Source: Gammaproteobacteria bacterium | GTDB lineage: Bacteria > Pseudomonadota > Gammaproteobacteria > S012-40 | Length of the DNA: 64,000 nucleotides | Reading direction: 5' to 3' | NCBI GenBank assembly: GCA_027021445.1 | Contig: JALUUH010000130.1 | Location: 16,872 to 80,871, forward strand | Shown: in pieces, positions 32,404-41,162 of the stretch | Layout of the letters: every line of letters starts with the position of its first letter | How positions within the stretch are numbered: position 1 is the first letter of the stretch | Program-made: the position numbers and the translations under genes | Notes under the pieces: generated by a model | The model's database searches: none | Told to the model about the DNA's origin: nothing | Seen by the model: only the letters and a program-made list of their open reading frames with translations

Positions 32404-32862
32404 TTATCTATTTTCAAAAAAATGTATAACTTTATGCTGGGAGTCTCCAATTTGTCGATTTATTTTAATGACATCTTCAAGTGTGTGATTTTCTAACACC
32501 TTATTGAATTGATTCATTGCTTCCTCTAAAACAGATTTTAGCGCACAGATAGGTAGCACGGTACAGATTTGTTCATTACTTTCGTTGAAACACTCCACTA
32601 AATGAAAATTAGGTTCTGTTTGTTTAACAACGTCAGCAATTACAATATCTTTTGCAGGTTTTGAAAGTCGTATACCTCCGCCTTTTCCACGTGTGGAAAT
32701 GATAAATTTTGATTTCGATAAATTGTGCACAACCTTCACAAGGTGGTTTCGCGAAATATTATAAAAGTCTGAAATTTCACTTATCGTTGCGGGCTTTTCT
32801 CCCGCTAGGCCAAGAAATATTAATGTTCTAAGTGAATAGTCTGTATACATTGTGAGTTGCAT
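32404..32862 (-). CDS. nsrR: Rrf2-family NO-responsive repressor NsrR-like
   Basis: Collinear with E. coli NsrR (MQLTMYTDYSLRTLIFL, ISRNHLVKVVHNLSK, RGKGGGIRL). Three Cys spaced C-x8-C-x5-C. Confidence 0.8.
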   Translation of the reverse strand: MQLTMYTDYSLRTLIFLGLAGEKPATISEISDFYNISRNHLVKVVHNLSKSKFIISTRGKGGGIRLSKPAKDIVIADVVKQTEPNFHLVECFNESNEQICTVLPICALKSVLEEAMNQFNKVLENHTLEDVIKINRQIGDSQHKVIHFFENR

Positions 32863-32937
32863 ATATATTCCTCGGTTAATTGGGTTTATTAGTGTTGTTC
32901 CCTCCTATTAATTTTATAAGTTGGTGCTATCAAACAA

Positions 32938-32960
32938 AACATGTATTTTATATGAGTTTT
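32938..32960. promoter_or_regulatory. candidate NsrR operator upstream of nsrR
   Basis: AACATGTATTT-T-ATATGAGTTTT versus the 11-1-11 consensus AAGATGCATTT-n-AAATGCATCTT (9/11 and 7/11). 76-98 nt upstream of the nsrR start. Confidence 0.35.
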
Positions 32961-33099
32961 TACTTAAGCCGCCGGAAATACTTTTATAACAGTGCATTAA
33001 TAGTAACAAAAAGCCAAATTCTATGACAAAATTGCATGAAATTTCTGCAGATGCTTTTCTATATTGAACGAGTTGGATCGGAAATATACGCATCCGATT

Positions 33100-33133
33100 T
33101 GTTCTCAGTAGGTCAGTCTGTTCTCGGACAGGC
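33100..33133. repeat. two tandem degenerate TGTTCTC REP-like cores
   Basis: TGTTCTCAGTAGG followed by GTCTGTTCTCGGACAGGC. The latter matches 18/19 nt of the core of the copy at 49337-49355 but lacks the CTAGGAG arms. Confidence 0.5.
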
Positions 33134-33446
33134 ATTGTCAGAGTTTGTAACTTAATCTTAACTGTCAATCTTCATTGGCTTGTCCTCCTAATATATCTAG
33201 AAAAAGCGTCGCTGCATATAGATTGATCTATCCTGTAGAGCATTCATATCATCAGGGATAAATACCAATTTAATCTATTTTTGCTAAGTTTATACCGTTA
33301 AAAGATAATATAAAACATCATCTTATCGCTAAGTATTGAGCCAATTCACTTTCTAAGTGTGAGTAAATTAATAGTCATATGATGGTGCCGTATCTATTGT
33401 GTTGATATAATTGCTCTTTTAGCACTTTAAAGCTTAGGATTTGTAG

Positions 33447-34205
33447 TTGATAGCAAAAGGATCTTTAACAATTCGGTTATTGAATCACTTATGGGTAGAT
33501 AGACTGCTTATCTGCTTGATTTTGCTATGCTTGTTAGTATTTAATCAAGTTAATGCTGCGGAATCTTCTACCCCATTTCCAGTGGAAACAAACGACTCAG
33601 GGATTGAATATGCAAACGATCTTCTGAGCACGCATGAGACAAATTCAGACTATCGAATTGGGCCACATGATTTATTAGAGATAGAAGTTTTCAGAGTCGA
33701 TGAATTTTCTCGAACGGTTAGGGTCAACTCTCGGGGAAATATCACATTGCCTTTGTTAGGCGTAATATCTGTCCAGAATCTTAGCAGTCAAGAATTAGAA
33801 CTCGATATTGCCAATAAGCTTACCCAGCAATTTTTACAACAGCCGCATGTAAGTGTATTTATTAAAGAATACGCCAGCCAACGGATTACGGTTGAAGGCG
33901 AAGTTAAAAAGCCAGGCATATTTGCACTAACCGGACGCACCACATTATTGCAAGCTATCGCTTTAGCTGAGGGCTTGACCGATCTTGCAGATTTAGATGA
34001 TATCCAATTATTTCGTAAGTTAAAAGATGGGCAGACAAAAAATTATGTTTTGAATATCGCTGATATCCGAACGGGGGAAGCAAAAGACCCTATTCTGAGG
34101 GGTAATGATATTATTATTGTGCATCGTGCATCGGTCTTGTCATTCATTAAACGATTTACCGATACTTTAAGAGGATTTATTTACTTTGGAAGCCCATTTA
34201 GATGA
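33447..34205 (+). CDS. outer-membrane polysaccharide export protein (Wza/OPX-like, short form)
   Basis: Signal peptide (NQVNA-AE), Poly_export motif YRIGPHDLLEIEVF, SLBB-like region. The N-terminus has no ATG or GTG, so a TTG start (33447) is required. Confidence 0.82.
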   Translation: MIAKGSLTIRLLNHLWVDRLLICLILLCLLVFNQVNAAESSTPFPVETNDSGIEYANDLLSTHETNSDYRIGPHDLLEIEVFRVDEFSRTVRVNSRGNITLPLLGVISVQNLSSQELELDIANKLTQQFLQQPHVSVFIKEYASQRITVEGEVKKPGIFALTGRTTLLQAIALAEGLTDLADLDDIQLFRKLKDGQTKNYVLNIADIRTGEAKDPILRGNDIIIVHRASVLSFIKRFTDTLRGFIYFGSPFR

Positions 34206-36448
34206 CACAGCTGTTGAATAAAGATGCTGCAAATGATGAAGATCGCAGCAATAAAAGAGTTGATCGTTCGATATACGACCGGCGAAAGCTCGCAACAGGT
34301 ATCGTTGCGAATACCTATGTACATGATGAGGACGTTAATCTAAGAGATTACTGGCATATAATTATTAATCGCCGTTGGATAATATTACTATTTCTCTTTG
34401 TGGTGTTGCTCTCTACATTAGTCGCTACTTTTTTAATGACGCCGATATATCGCGCTAGTTTGTTATTACAGATTGAACGCGAGCCTGCAAAGGTATTGGA
34501 GTTTCAAGATATTAACCCTGTGGAATCATCACGGGACAAAGATTTCTATCAAACTCAGTATGAATTATTAAAAAGTCGAAGCTTGTCAAAGCGTGTTGTT
34601 GATGAGCTAGATCTTTATTCAAACCCCATTCTTAAAAAAATAGTGATTAAAAAATCAATACTGAGTTCGATGCTGATATCCTTGTCGGGTCAAACTGCGT
34701 CTACCGAGGCGATAAACGAAGAAGAATTGTGGATAAATTATTTTTTGCAACAATTGACGATAGAGCCGGTAAAAAACTCTCGCTTAGTCCGAGTACATTT
34801 TGATTCGCCAGATGTTTCTTTGAGCGCTCAGGTTATTAATACTTACGCTGATAATTTTATAAATATGAATCTTGAGCGTCGCTTTGAAGCTTCTTCTTAC
34901 GCAAAAACATTTTTAGAAGACCGGTTAGCCCAAGTACAAGCAAAACTCGAAGAATCAGAACAAAAGTTAGTAAAATTTGCCCGAGAAAACCAGATTGTAA
35001 ATATTAGCTCTAGCCAAAATATTGACAGCCAAAGATTGACTGAAATGAATGTCGCTTTATCTAAAGCGGGTCAAGATCGAATCGATGCAGAAGCAACGTA
35101 TAATCAAACAACAAATAGTGATTTTTTTGAAGTTTTATCCAGTAAAGTTGTTCAAGAGTTAAAACATACTTTGGCGAAATTAGAAGCACAGTATTCTGAT
35201 CAACTTAAAATTTATAAACCTGCCTATCCTACAATGCAGCAGCTAAAAGGACAAATTGAAAAAATTGAAAGTAAAATTATTGAAGAAATAAACAGTATTC
35301 GGGTGGCTATCAAATCTCAGTTCCAAGCTGCACTAGAGAAAGAGAAGTTACTTAAAGCCGAATTAATTATTTTGCAAGAAAATGTACTAGGTCTGCAAGA
35401 TAGGAGTATTCAATATAATATTTTACAACGAGAAGTCCAAACAAATCGCGAATTATATCAAGGTTTATTGCAAAGGATGAAAGAAGTGGGTGTAGCAGGG
35501 GGTATAAGCTCGAATAATATATTCATCGTCGATGCTGCTGTAGAGCCTGATAAAAAACACAAACCGAAGCTGGTGATCAATATGTTACTCGCATTATTAG
35601 TTGGCTTATTGGGAGGCATTGGACTCGCGTTCTTGTTTGAGCATCTTGATGATACTTTAAAGCAAGCGGATGATTTTGAGAAACTGGTTTCGCTACCTTC
35701 GCTGGGTTTAGTACCGGTGGTGAGTGAAAATGTATCAACATCTGATTTAGGGCTGTTATCGCATTATGACTCTGGCTCAATGTTAGCCGAAGCTTATCGT
35801 TCAATCAGAACTTCATTGAGTTTTGGTACCACCAAGGGTGCTCCTACCAGTTTATTAATCACTAGTCCTGGGCCTGGAGAAGGAAAAACAACTTCGGCGC
35901 TGAATATTGCGATTACGTTTACCCAATTGAATAAACAGGTTTTGCTTATTGATGGTGATTTAAGGAATCCATCTATTCATAAACTGTTACGGATCAGGAA
36001 TAATATTGGATTGAGCAATTACCTGACATCTGAAACTGGGCCAGCCGATGTGTCTCAGGATACTGAAATTGAAGGGCTTTTTGTTATGCCTGCCGGACCC
36101 GTTTGTCCAAATCCTGCAGAACTATTATCAAGTGAAAAAATGGGAGAATTGCTCACTATTGCACAGCATAAGTTTGATTATGTCATAATAGATGGCCCTC
36201 CGGTACTCGGTCTAGCTGATGCATTAATACTCAGCAAACAGGTTGTTGCGGTGGCAATGATTGCTGAGGCAGGCAGCACCAGAACAGGCATGCTAAAAAT
36301 GAGTGTAAAGCGATTAGTTAAAGCGCACGCTAATATAATGGGCGGCATATTAACAAAAATAGACGCAAAACACGGATTGTACGGTTATTATGGACAATAT
36401 TATTCCTATGAGCGAGACCAAGAAAATAGCCCAAAGCTACCTGTGTGA
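34202..36448 (+). CDS. polysaccharide co-polymerase with BY-kinase domain (Wzc-like PCP-2a)
   Basis: Wzz N-domain with TM, long coiled periplasmic region, second TM, Walker A SPGPGEGKTT, Walker B VIIDGPP, C-terminal Tyr cluster GLYGYYGQYYSY. ATGA overlap with the upstream gene. Confidence 0.9.
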   Translation: MTQLLNKDAANDEDRSNKRVDRSIYDRRKLATGIVANTYVHDEDVNLRDYWHIIINRRWIILLFLFVVLLSTLVATFLMTPIYRASLLLQIEREPAKVLEFQDINPVESSRDKDFYQTQYELLKSRSLSKRVVDELDLYSNPILKKIVIKKSILSSMLISLSGQTASTEAINEEELWINYFLQQLTIEPVKNSRLVRVHFDSPDVSLSAQVINTYADNFINMNLERRFEASSYAKTFLEDRLAQVQAKLEESEQKLVKFARENQIVNISSSQNIDSQRLTEMNVALSKAGQDRIDAEATYNQTTNSDFFEVLSSKVVQELKHTLAKLEAQYSDQLKIYKPAYPTMQQLKGQIEKIESKIIEEINSIRVAIKSQFQAALEKEKLLKAELIILQENVLGLQDRSIQYNILQREVQTNRELYQGLLQRMKEVGVAGGISSNNIFIVDAAVEPDKKHKPKLVINMLLALLVGLLGGIGLAFLFEHLDDTLKQADDFEKLVSLPSLGLVPVVSENVSTSDLGLLSHYDSGSMLAEAYRSIRTSLSFGTTKGAPTSLLITSPGPGEGKTTSALNIAITFTQLNKQVLLIDGDLRNPSIHKLLRIRNNIGLSNYLTSETGPADVSQDTEIEGLFVMPAGPVCPNPAELLSSEKMGELLTIAQHKFDYVIIDGPPVLGLADALILSKQVVAVAMIAEAGSTRTGMLKMSVKRLVKAHANIMGGILTKIDAKHGLYGYYGQYYSYERDQENSPKLPV

Positions 36449-36493
36449 AATAAATCACAAGTATTATTCAGAACTAGTGGTACAAGATAAATA

Positions 36494-36536
36494 AGTTTTT
36501 AGTTATTTTAGTTATTTTAGTTATTTTAGTTTTTAG
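36494..36536. repeat. 9-bp tandem repeat (AGTTATTTT x3 flanked by AGTTTTT variants)
   Basis: AGTTTTT AGTTATTTT AGTTATTTT AGTTATTTT AGTTTTT AGG runs directly into the SD AGGTGA (36535-36540) of the ExeA-like gene. Confidence 0.85.
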
Positions 36537-36545
36537 GTGAGCTAA

Positions 36546-39191
36546 TTGTACGAAACACATTTTGGTTTAACAGGATCTCCATTTCGACTTAGTCCTGACC
36601 CCCGTTTCTTTTTTGGGAGTAAGGGGCATAAGCGTGCGCTTGCGTATTTACGGTATGGTTTAACCCAAAGAGAAGGATTTATCGTAGTTACGGGTTCGCC
36701 CGGAACAGGGAAGACCACGCTCGCAAGAGCCTTGTTAGATGAAGTCGCTAAGAATAAAATTATTGTTTCAGAGCTAAATACCACGCACCTCGAAGCAGAT
36801 GATGTATTGCGGATGGTTGCCGCATCATTTGGCCTAGAACACGAAAACCTAACTAAAGCTTCTTTATTAAAAAGACTTGAGCGCTTTTTTCTCACCAAGT
36901 ACCGAGCTGGTTATCATTGTTTATTAGTGGTCGATGAGTCGCAAAACCTCCCGTTCGGTTCTTTAGAAGAGCTTCGCATGCTGTCCAATTTTTATGCGGG
37001 AAAGCATGCTTTGTTACAAATATTTCTCCTGGGGCAGCAACAGTTCCGAGATGCTTTGTATGACCCAAAATTAGAACAATTGCGCCAGCGAGTCGTTGCC
37101 GCAACACATCTAGATCCATTAAATGCGAAAGAAACACGTGCCTATATTATTCACCGGTTAAATCATGTTGGATGGAAACAAAACCCCACGTTTACTCAAC
37201 GGGCTTTTGCCTATATCTATACCTTAACAAAAGGTGTTCCTAGACGTATCAATACTTTTTGTGATCGATTAATGTTATTTGCTTCTTTAGAAGATATTTC
37301 TGAGATCAATGATACACACGTAAAGGACGTAGCCAAGGAATTGATGTATGAAGTGACGTCCCATAAATCTGACTCTCCAACGAAAAAGGAAACAGATTCA
37401 GCACAGACATCTCTTGAGTTGACCACGATTGAAGAACCTACGCCTTCAGAGATTATACTTATTGAAGAAGAATTTCGACAAGAAGAAGAGCTTCTTGAAT
37501 CAGATATATCGAAAACAGAAATTGTAAAAAATGCACAGTTGTCGGCACCTGATGAAATAGATACGAATACCCAGGTTCCAGTTGTTGAAATCGTTGCGCA
37601 AAATGAAAACAAGAATGAAACTATCGATGAAGAGCACCCCACTAATACAAAACCAAAAAATAAATCTAAAAAACGCAAAGGGCAAAGCAGATCTTATGCG
37701 GATGCAACAACATTTCACAAATCAAGAAATAATACTCAAATATCACCGAGAAAAAATATTGAACATAAACCCCAGTATTTAAATCAACAACCTGGGTTCT
37801 CATTAGTTGCCTTGGCTATAGACTATTACCAAAATCCTAACGAGTATAAAGAGCTGTTACGTTCATCTTCCGTTTTACCGCCGGGTATTGCCGAACTTTT
37901 TAGAGTTGCAATGGGTAAATTACATATTGATTTAGATGATTTTGAAGGGCTTACCGATTTAACCCAAGCAGATCTAAAAGAAGCAGCTCGGCGTTTCATT
38001 AAAGAAATATTGTTATCCAATGCTTCCGATTACTATCGACGACTTGGTCTAACTAAGACCGCTAGTCAAGAGCAGATTAAAGCACACTATCAAATTATGT
38101 TTAAGCTTTTTCAACCTGATCAGGAGAAAGACTCAGCGTTATGGAACGAATCTTTTGCGATAAAAATCAATCAAGCCTATGTCTCGTTAAGAGAAAAAAC
38201 AATGCGGGATGCTTACGACTATTTTCTTGACTCTTTGGAAATTGTCGAACTTGATCATGAAATACAAACAGAAAATGAGTTTGCGGACGTTCCTCGTGTT
38301 GTAGATGCCCCCCCTTTAAAACAAGCAGTAAAATCAACGGAAAAAACTTTTGGTTTAGATAAAAAAATCAAAATGATTATAGCTGTTCTGATTTCTATTA
38401 CGTTAGGTTTGATCCTTGTATTAAACCCCTCAATACTGGTATTGAATAAGGATGATTTTTTTGATTCACCCCCTATAAACTCAATTCCAGGCCTGAAGAG
38501 TGAGGATATTCCTCTTTCCTTGACCGAAGAGCATGAAATAAACCAAATAGACAATATCCTTAATAGTGATTCAGAATTTGGAGAGCCAGCGCTGCTTGAT
38601 GATGTAACAAACCCAATGTTGTCAAGTATAGATAATTCAGGGCAAAAAATTGCTAATGAACTTGTTGTTAAAAAGACCGTTGAGTCGAAAATTGATAACA
38701 TAGTGGTGAAAAATAAAGTTGCCGCTAACAATGTAGCAAAAGGGGATCAGAAACCAAAGGTGAGTTCAGTTAAAACGTCTAATGAGCTTGATTCTAATGC
38801 GGTTATCAGAAGTAATTCCATGATATCGGAAAAAGAACTTAATTCCGTAATGAGCTTGTTTTATAAAACCTATGAAGAGGGTGATTTAAAAGAGTTTATT
38901 CGATTGTTTTACAAAAATGCGATTACCAATGATAGAAAAAGCCGGATGGGAATTGCAAAAGATTATTCCCGGCTTTTTAGCTCGACAGATAGGCGAAGCA
39001 TAAGCATCAATAATCTTGAATGGAATATCGAGGAAAACAAGGCCTCGGGAATTGGTGATTTTATTGTTAGAACGGTTAAATCTGGGGAAGGCGAGACTAA
39101 AAGCTTCGAAGGTACAATAAGGTTAGTTGTGCTAAAGGAAAGGGGAAAAATAAAATTTAAAGAAATGTATCATGCTTATAGTGAGGAATAA
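36546..39191 (+). CDS. ExeA/GspA-type AAA ATPase fused to J-like domain, TM helix and periplasmic NTF2-like domain
   Basis: N-terminus MYETHFGLTGSPF, Walker A GSPGTGKTT, Walker B LLVVDESQ. J-like segment DYYRRLGLTKTASQEQIKAHYQIMFKLFQPDQ (aa ~495-560), TM aa ~608-633, C-terminal ~120 aa SnoaL/DUF4440-like. TTG start 5 nt after AGGTGA. Confidence 0.8.
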   Translation: MYETHFGLTGSPFRLSPDPRFFFGSKGHKRALAYLRYGLTQREGFIVVTGSPGTGKTTLARALLDEVAKNKIIVSELNTTHLEADDVLRMVAASFGLEHENLTKASLLKRLERFFLTKYRAGYHCLLVVDESQNLPFGSLEELRMLSNFYAGKHALLQIFLLGQQQFRDALYDPKLEQLRQRVVAATHLDPLNAKETRAYIIHRLNHVGWKQNPTFTQRAFAYIYTLTKGVPRRINTFCDRLMLFASLEDISEINDTHVKDVAKELMYEVTSHKSDSPTKKETDSAQTSLELTTIEEPTPSEIILIEEEFRQEEELLESDISKTEIVKNAQLSAPDEIDTNTQVPVVEIVAQNENKNETIDEEHPTNTKPKNKSKKRKGQSRSYADATTFHKSRNNTQISPRKNIEHKPQYLNQQPGFSLVALAIDYYQNPNEYKELLRSSSVLPPGIAELFRVAMGKLHIDLDDFEGLTDLTQADLKEAARRFIKEILLSNASDYYRRLGLTKTASQEQIKAHYQIMFKLFQPDQEKDSALWNESFAIKINQAYVSLREKTMRDAYDYFLDSLEIVELDHEIQTENEFADVPRVVDAPPLKQAVKSTEKTFGLDKKIKMIIAVLISITLGLILVLNPSILVLNKDDFFDSPPINSIPGLKSEDIPLSLTEEHEINQIDNILNSDSEFGEPALLDDVTNPMLSSIDNSGQKIANELVVKKTVESKIDNIVVKNKVAANNVAKGDQKPKVSSVKTSNELDSNAVIRSNSMISEKELNSVMSLFYKTYEEGDLKEFIRLFYKNAITNDRKSRMGIAKDYSRLFSSTDRRSISINNLEWNIEENKASGIGDFIVRTVKSGEGETKSFEGTIRLVVLKERGKIKFKEMYHAYSEE

Positions 39192-39281
39192 GGAGTGCCC
39201 ATTCCTAAGAGCGATATTTCCGTAAATTCTGTTTTATTTTTTTTCGGTGTATAAAGATAAATAGTCGTTTCGGGATTTGCT

Positions 39282-40511
39282 TTGATTAGAGCCTATCAAT
39301 CAATATTATTTCTTGTGGCTTTGGGTTTGATTTGGCGCATAATTTCTCTCGGTTTTTCTGAGTATTTTTCAACGGATGTTGCAACAAAAAATATAGACAC
39401 TGTGTTGAAGTGGAATTCTTCTAACTCACAAGCATTGTTTTCTAAGAGCCTATCGCAATTATCATCTGATACGAATTTTTTTACGTCCTCTTTAACAGAA
39501 TCTATTATTAGTAATGTTTCTGATTCTCGGGGGTTGGTCTTACTAGCCGAGCACTGGGCTGAGCAAGGTGAGGTTGCAAAAGCGAATAAAGCGATGAGAT
39601 TATTAGGAGAAATGTATCCTGCTGATGCCAAAGTAAACATCGCAGTTGCTTCCTATTTTTATAAAAATAATAACATTACTGAAGCATTCCAGCATTGGTC
39701 TCAGGCAATGACAAGGTCTCATCATTTTGATACCATTTTATTTGAATTTATATATTCTCAACTTAATAATAGAGACATGCGTGCAGCTATCCTAGACGCA
39801 GCAAAACAAGCGTCGAAGTGGTGGCCGAGATTTTTTGCTTTCGCAATCAAGCAATCTAATAAGCATGATATTGAAATAGTAGATGCCTTATATGACGCAA
39901 GACTTGACGTGAAAAATTCAGTAGAGCCTGCAATTCGTAGACAATATATAAGATACTTAGTAAAACGAGAAAACTGGCAAAAAGCTTATATGGTGTGGCT
40001 GTCTGGCTTGTCGTTAACAGAGAGAGAATCACTAGGTTATTTGTATGATGGCGGATTTGAAAATGAGTTTGATCATTATGGTTTTTACTGGCATGCCTAT
40101 AAAAACAAGGCCGCTAAAATTGATCGTGTTCGATCAAATGTCGGTGCTAGTGGAAATAAAGCCTTAAAAGTCACTTTTTTAAATAAACCGACAGCGTTTC
40201 ATCATGTTCGCCAAAAAACCCTATTAAGTGCTGGACGTTATCTTTTTAAAGGCAAAGTTAAAAAAGACGGTTTAAAGAGTAATAGAGGGGTTAGTTGGCG
40301 GATATCTTGTGGAAGAAAAGCCGTTTTAGGTGAAAGCACTCGGTTTAATGGGATGGAGCATTGGCAGTCTTTTGAGGTAGAATTCAAGGTTCCTGAGCAG
40401 AATTGCAATATGCAAGATATTTGGCTAGTGACTAAAGCTAAAAATAAGTCTGATTTTAAAATAAAAGGCAGTCTCTGGTTTGATGATTTATCGATTGTGA
40501 AACTGCATTAA
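39282..40511 (+). CDS. membrane-anchored TPR-like protein with C-terminal carbohydrate-binding (CBM4_9-like) domain
   Basis: N-terminal TM (ILFLVALGLIWRIISLGF), helical repeats, C-terminal beta-rich domain starting GGFENEF and ending LWFDDLSIVKL. TTG start, no clear SD. Confidence 0.6.
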   Translation: MIRAYQSILFLVALGLIWRIISLGFSEYFSTDVATKNIDTVLKWNSSNSQALFSKSLSQLSSDTNFFTSSLTESIISNVSDSRGLVLLAEHWAEQGEVAKANKAMRLLGEMYPADAKVNIAVASYFYKNNNITEAFQHWSQAMTRSHHFDTILFEFIYSQLNNRDMRAAILDAAKQASKWWPRFFAFAIKQSNKHDIEIVDALYDARLDVKNSVEPAIRRQYIRYLVKRENWQKAYMVWLSGLSLTERESLGYLYDGGFENEFDHYGFYWHAYKNKAAKIDRVRSNVGASGNKALKVTFLNKPTAFHHVRQKTLLSAGRYLFKGKVKKDGLKSNRGVSWRISCGRKAVLGESTRFNGMEHWQSFEVEFKVPEQNCNMQDIWLVTKAKNKSDFKIKGSLWFDDLSIVKLH

Positions 40512-40541
40512 ATAAAAACGACAATGATAAAAAGGTAAGTA

Positions 40542-41072
40542 ATGAGAAAAAACAAATGGATAGCTTTGTTCTTAATAATACTTGGACAGGTGTCAGGGAA
40601 TGTTTTTGCAGAGCAAGTAACAGTTGGTGAAATTTCAGGCATTGTTATGCTAAACAAGGATGGAGTGTTTGTTAAAGTAGGTACTGGAATGGAGCTAGAG
40701 GTTGGCGATCAAGTATATGTGCTAGAGAACTCTTCTGCTTTATTATTACAAGGAAATGACTGTGCTGCACGATTGAACTCAAATGAATTATTTAAGCTGG
40801 ATAAATCTGATCTTTGTGCTCAGAATTCAAATACAATTAATTCGCAGGGGCCTAAACTAGTTGCTGCTATTGGGTTAGATGAGCCAACTTCTGATTCGGG
40901 TGATGCTGGCTCAAATACGGAATTACCAGAAGATCAACAAAGTGGTACCGAAGGTGGTAGAGTTTTCTCAGGACTTGCAGCGAAACTGGCTGTCCCAGCA
41001 ACATTAACTGGCGCCGTGTTATTCTCAACTATTGCTGGTGGTGGTGGTGTTGGGGCTATTAGTCCTGAATAG
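40542..41072 (+). CDS. small exported FecR-domain-like protein with hydrophobic Gly-rich C-terminus
   Basis: Signal peptide (NVFA-EQ), FecR-like pattern GIVMLNKDGVFVKVGTGMELEVGDQVYVLENSSALLL, acidic S/T/G-rich linker, C-terminal LAVPATLTGAVLFSTIAGGGGVGAISPE. SD AAGGT upstream. Confidence 0.6.
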   Translation: MRKNKWIALFLIILGQVSGNVFAEQVTVGEISGIVMLNKDGVFVKVGTGMELEVGDQVYVLENSSALLLQGNDCAARLNSNELFKLDKSDLCAQNSNTINSQGPKLVAAIGLDEPTSDSGDAGSNTELPEDQQSGTEGGRVFSGLAAKLAVPATLTGAVLFSTIAGGGGVGAISPE

Positions 41073-41162
41073 TCTGTTTAGAGTGTTTCATCAGGCTGTC
41101 TTTCCCTTCTATTATACTCTTAATATGCGCACTCCAACTGCGGATTCTAGGATAATGGTGGG

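Noticed and set aside
32914-33168. 84-aa minus-strand ORF in the nsrR / Wza-like intergenic region
   Set aside because: No SD and no recognisable family. It spans the REP-like cores and AT-rich regulatory DNA, so it is likely spurious.
36494-36536. CRISPR array interpretation of the tandem repeat
   Set aside because: The units are 9 bp and directly abutting, with no spacers. There are no cas genes in the window.
40980-41072. PEP-CTERM or GlyGly-CTERM sorting signal at the C-terminus of the FecR-like protein
   Set aside because: No PEP tripeptide immediately precedes the hydrophobic segment, there is no basic C-terminal cluster, and no exosortase or rhombosortase gene is in the window. It is kept only as an atypical tail in a finding.
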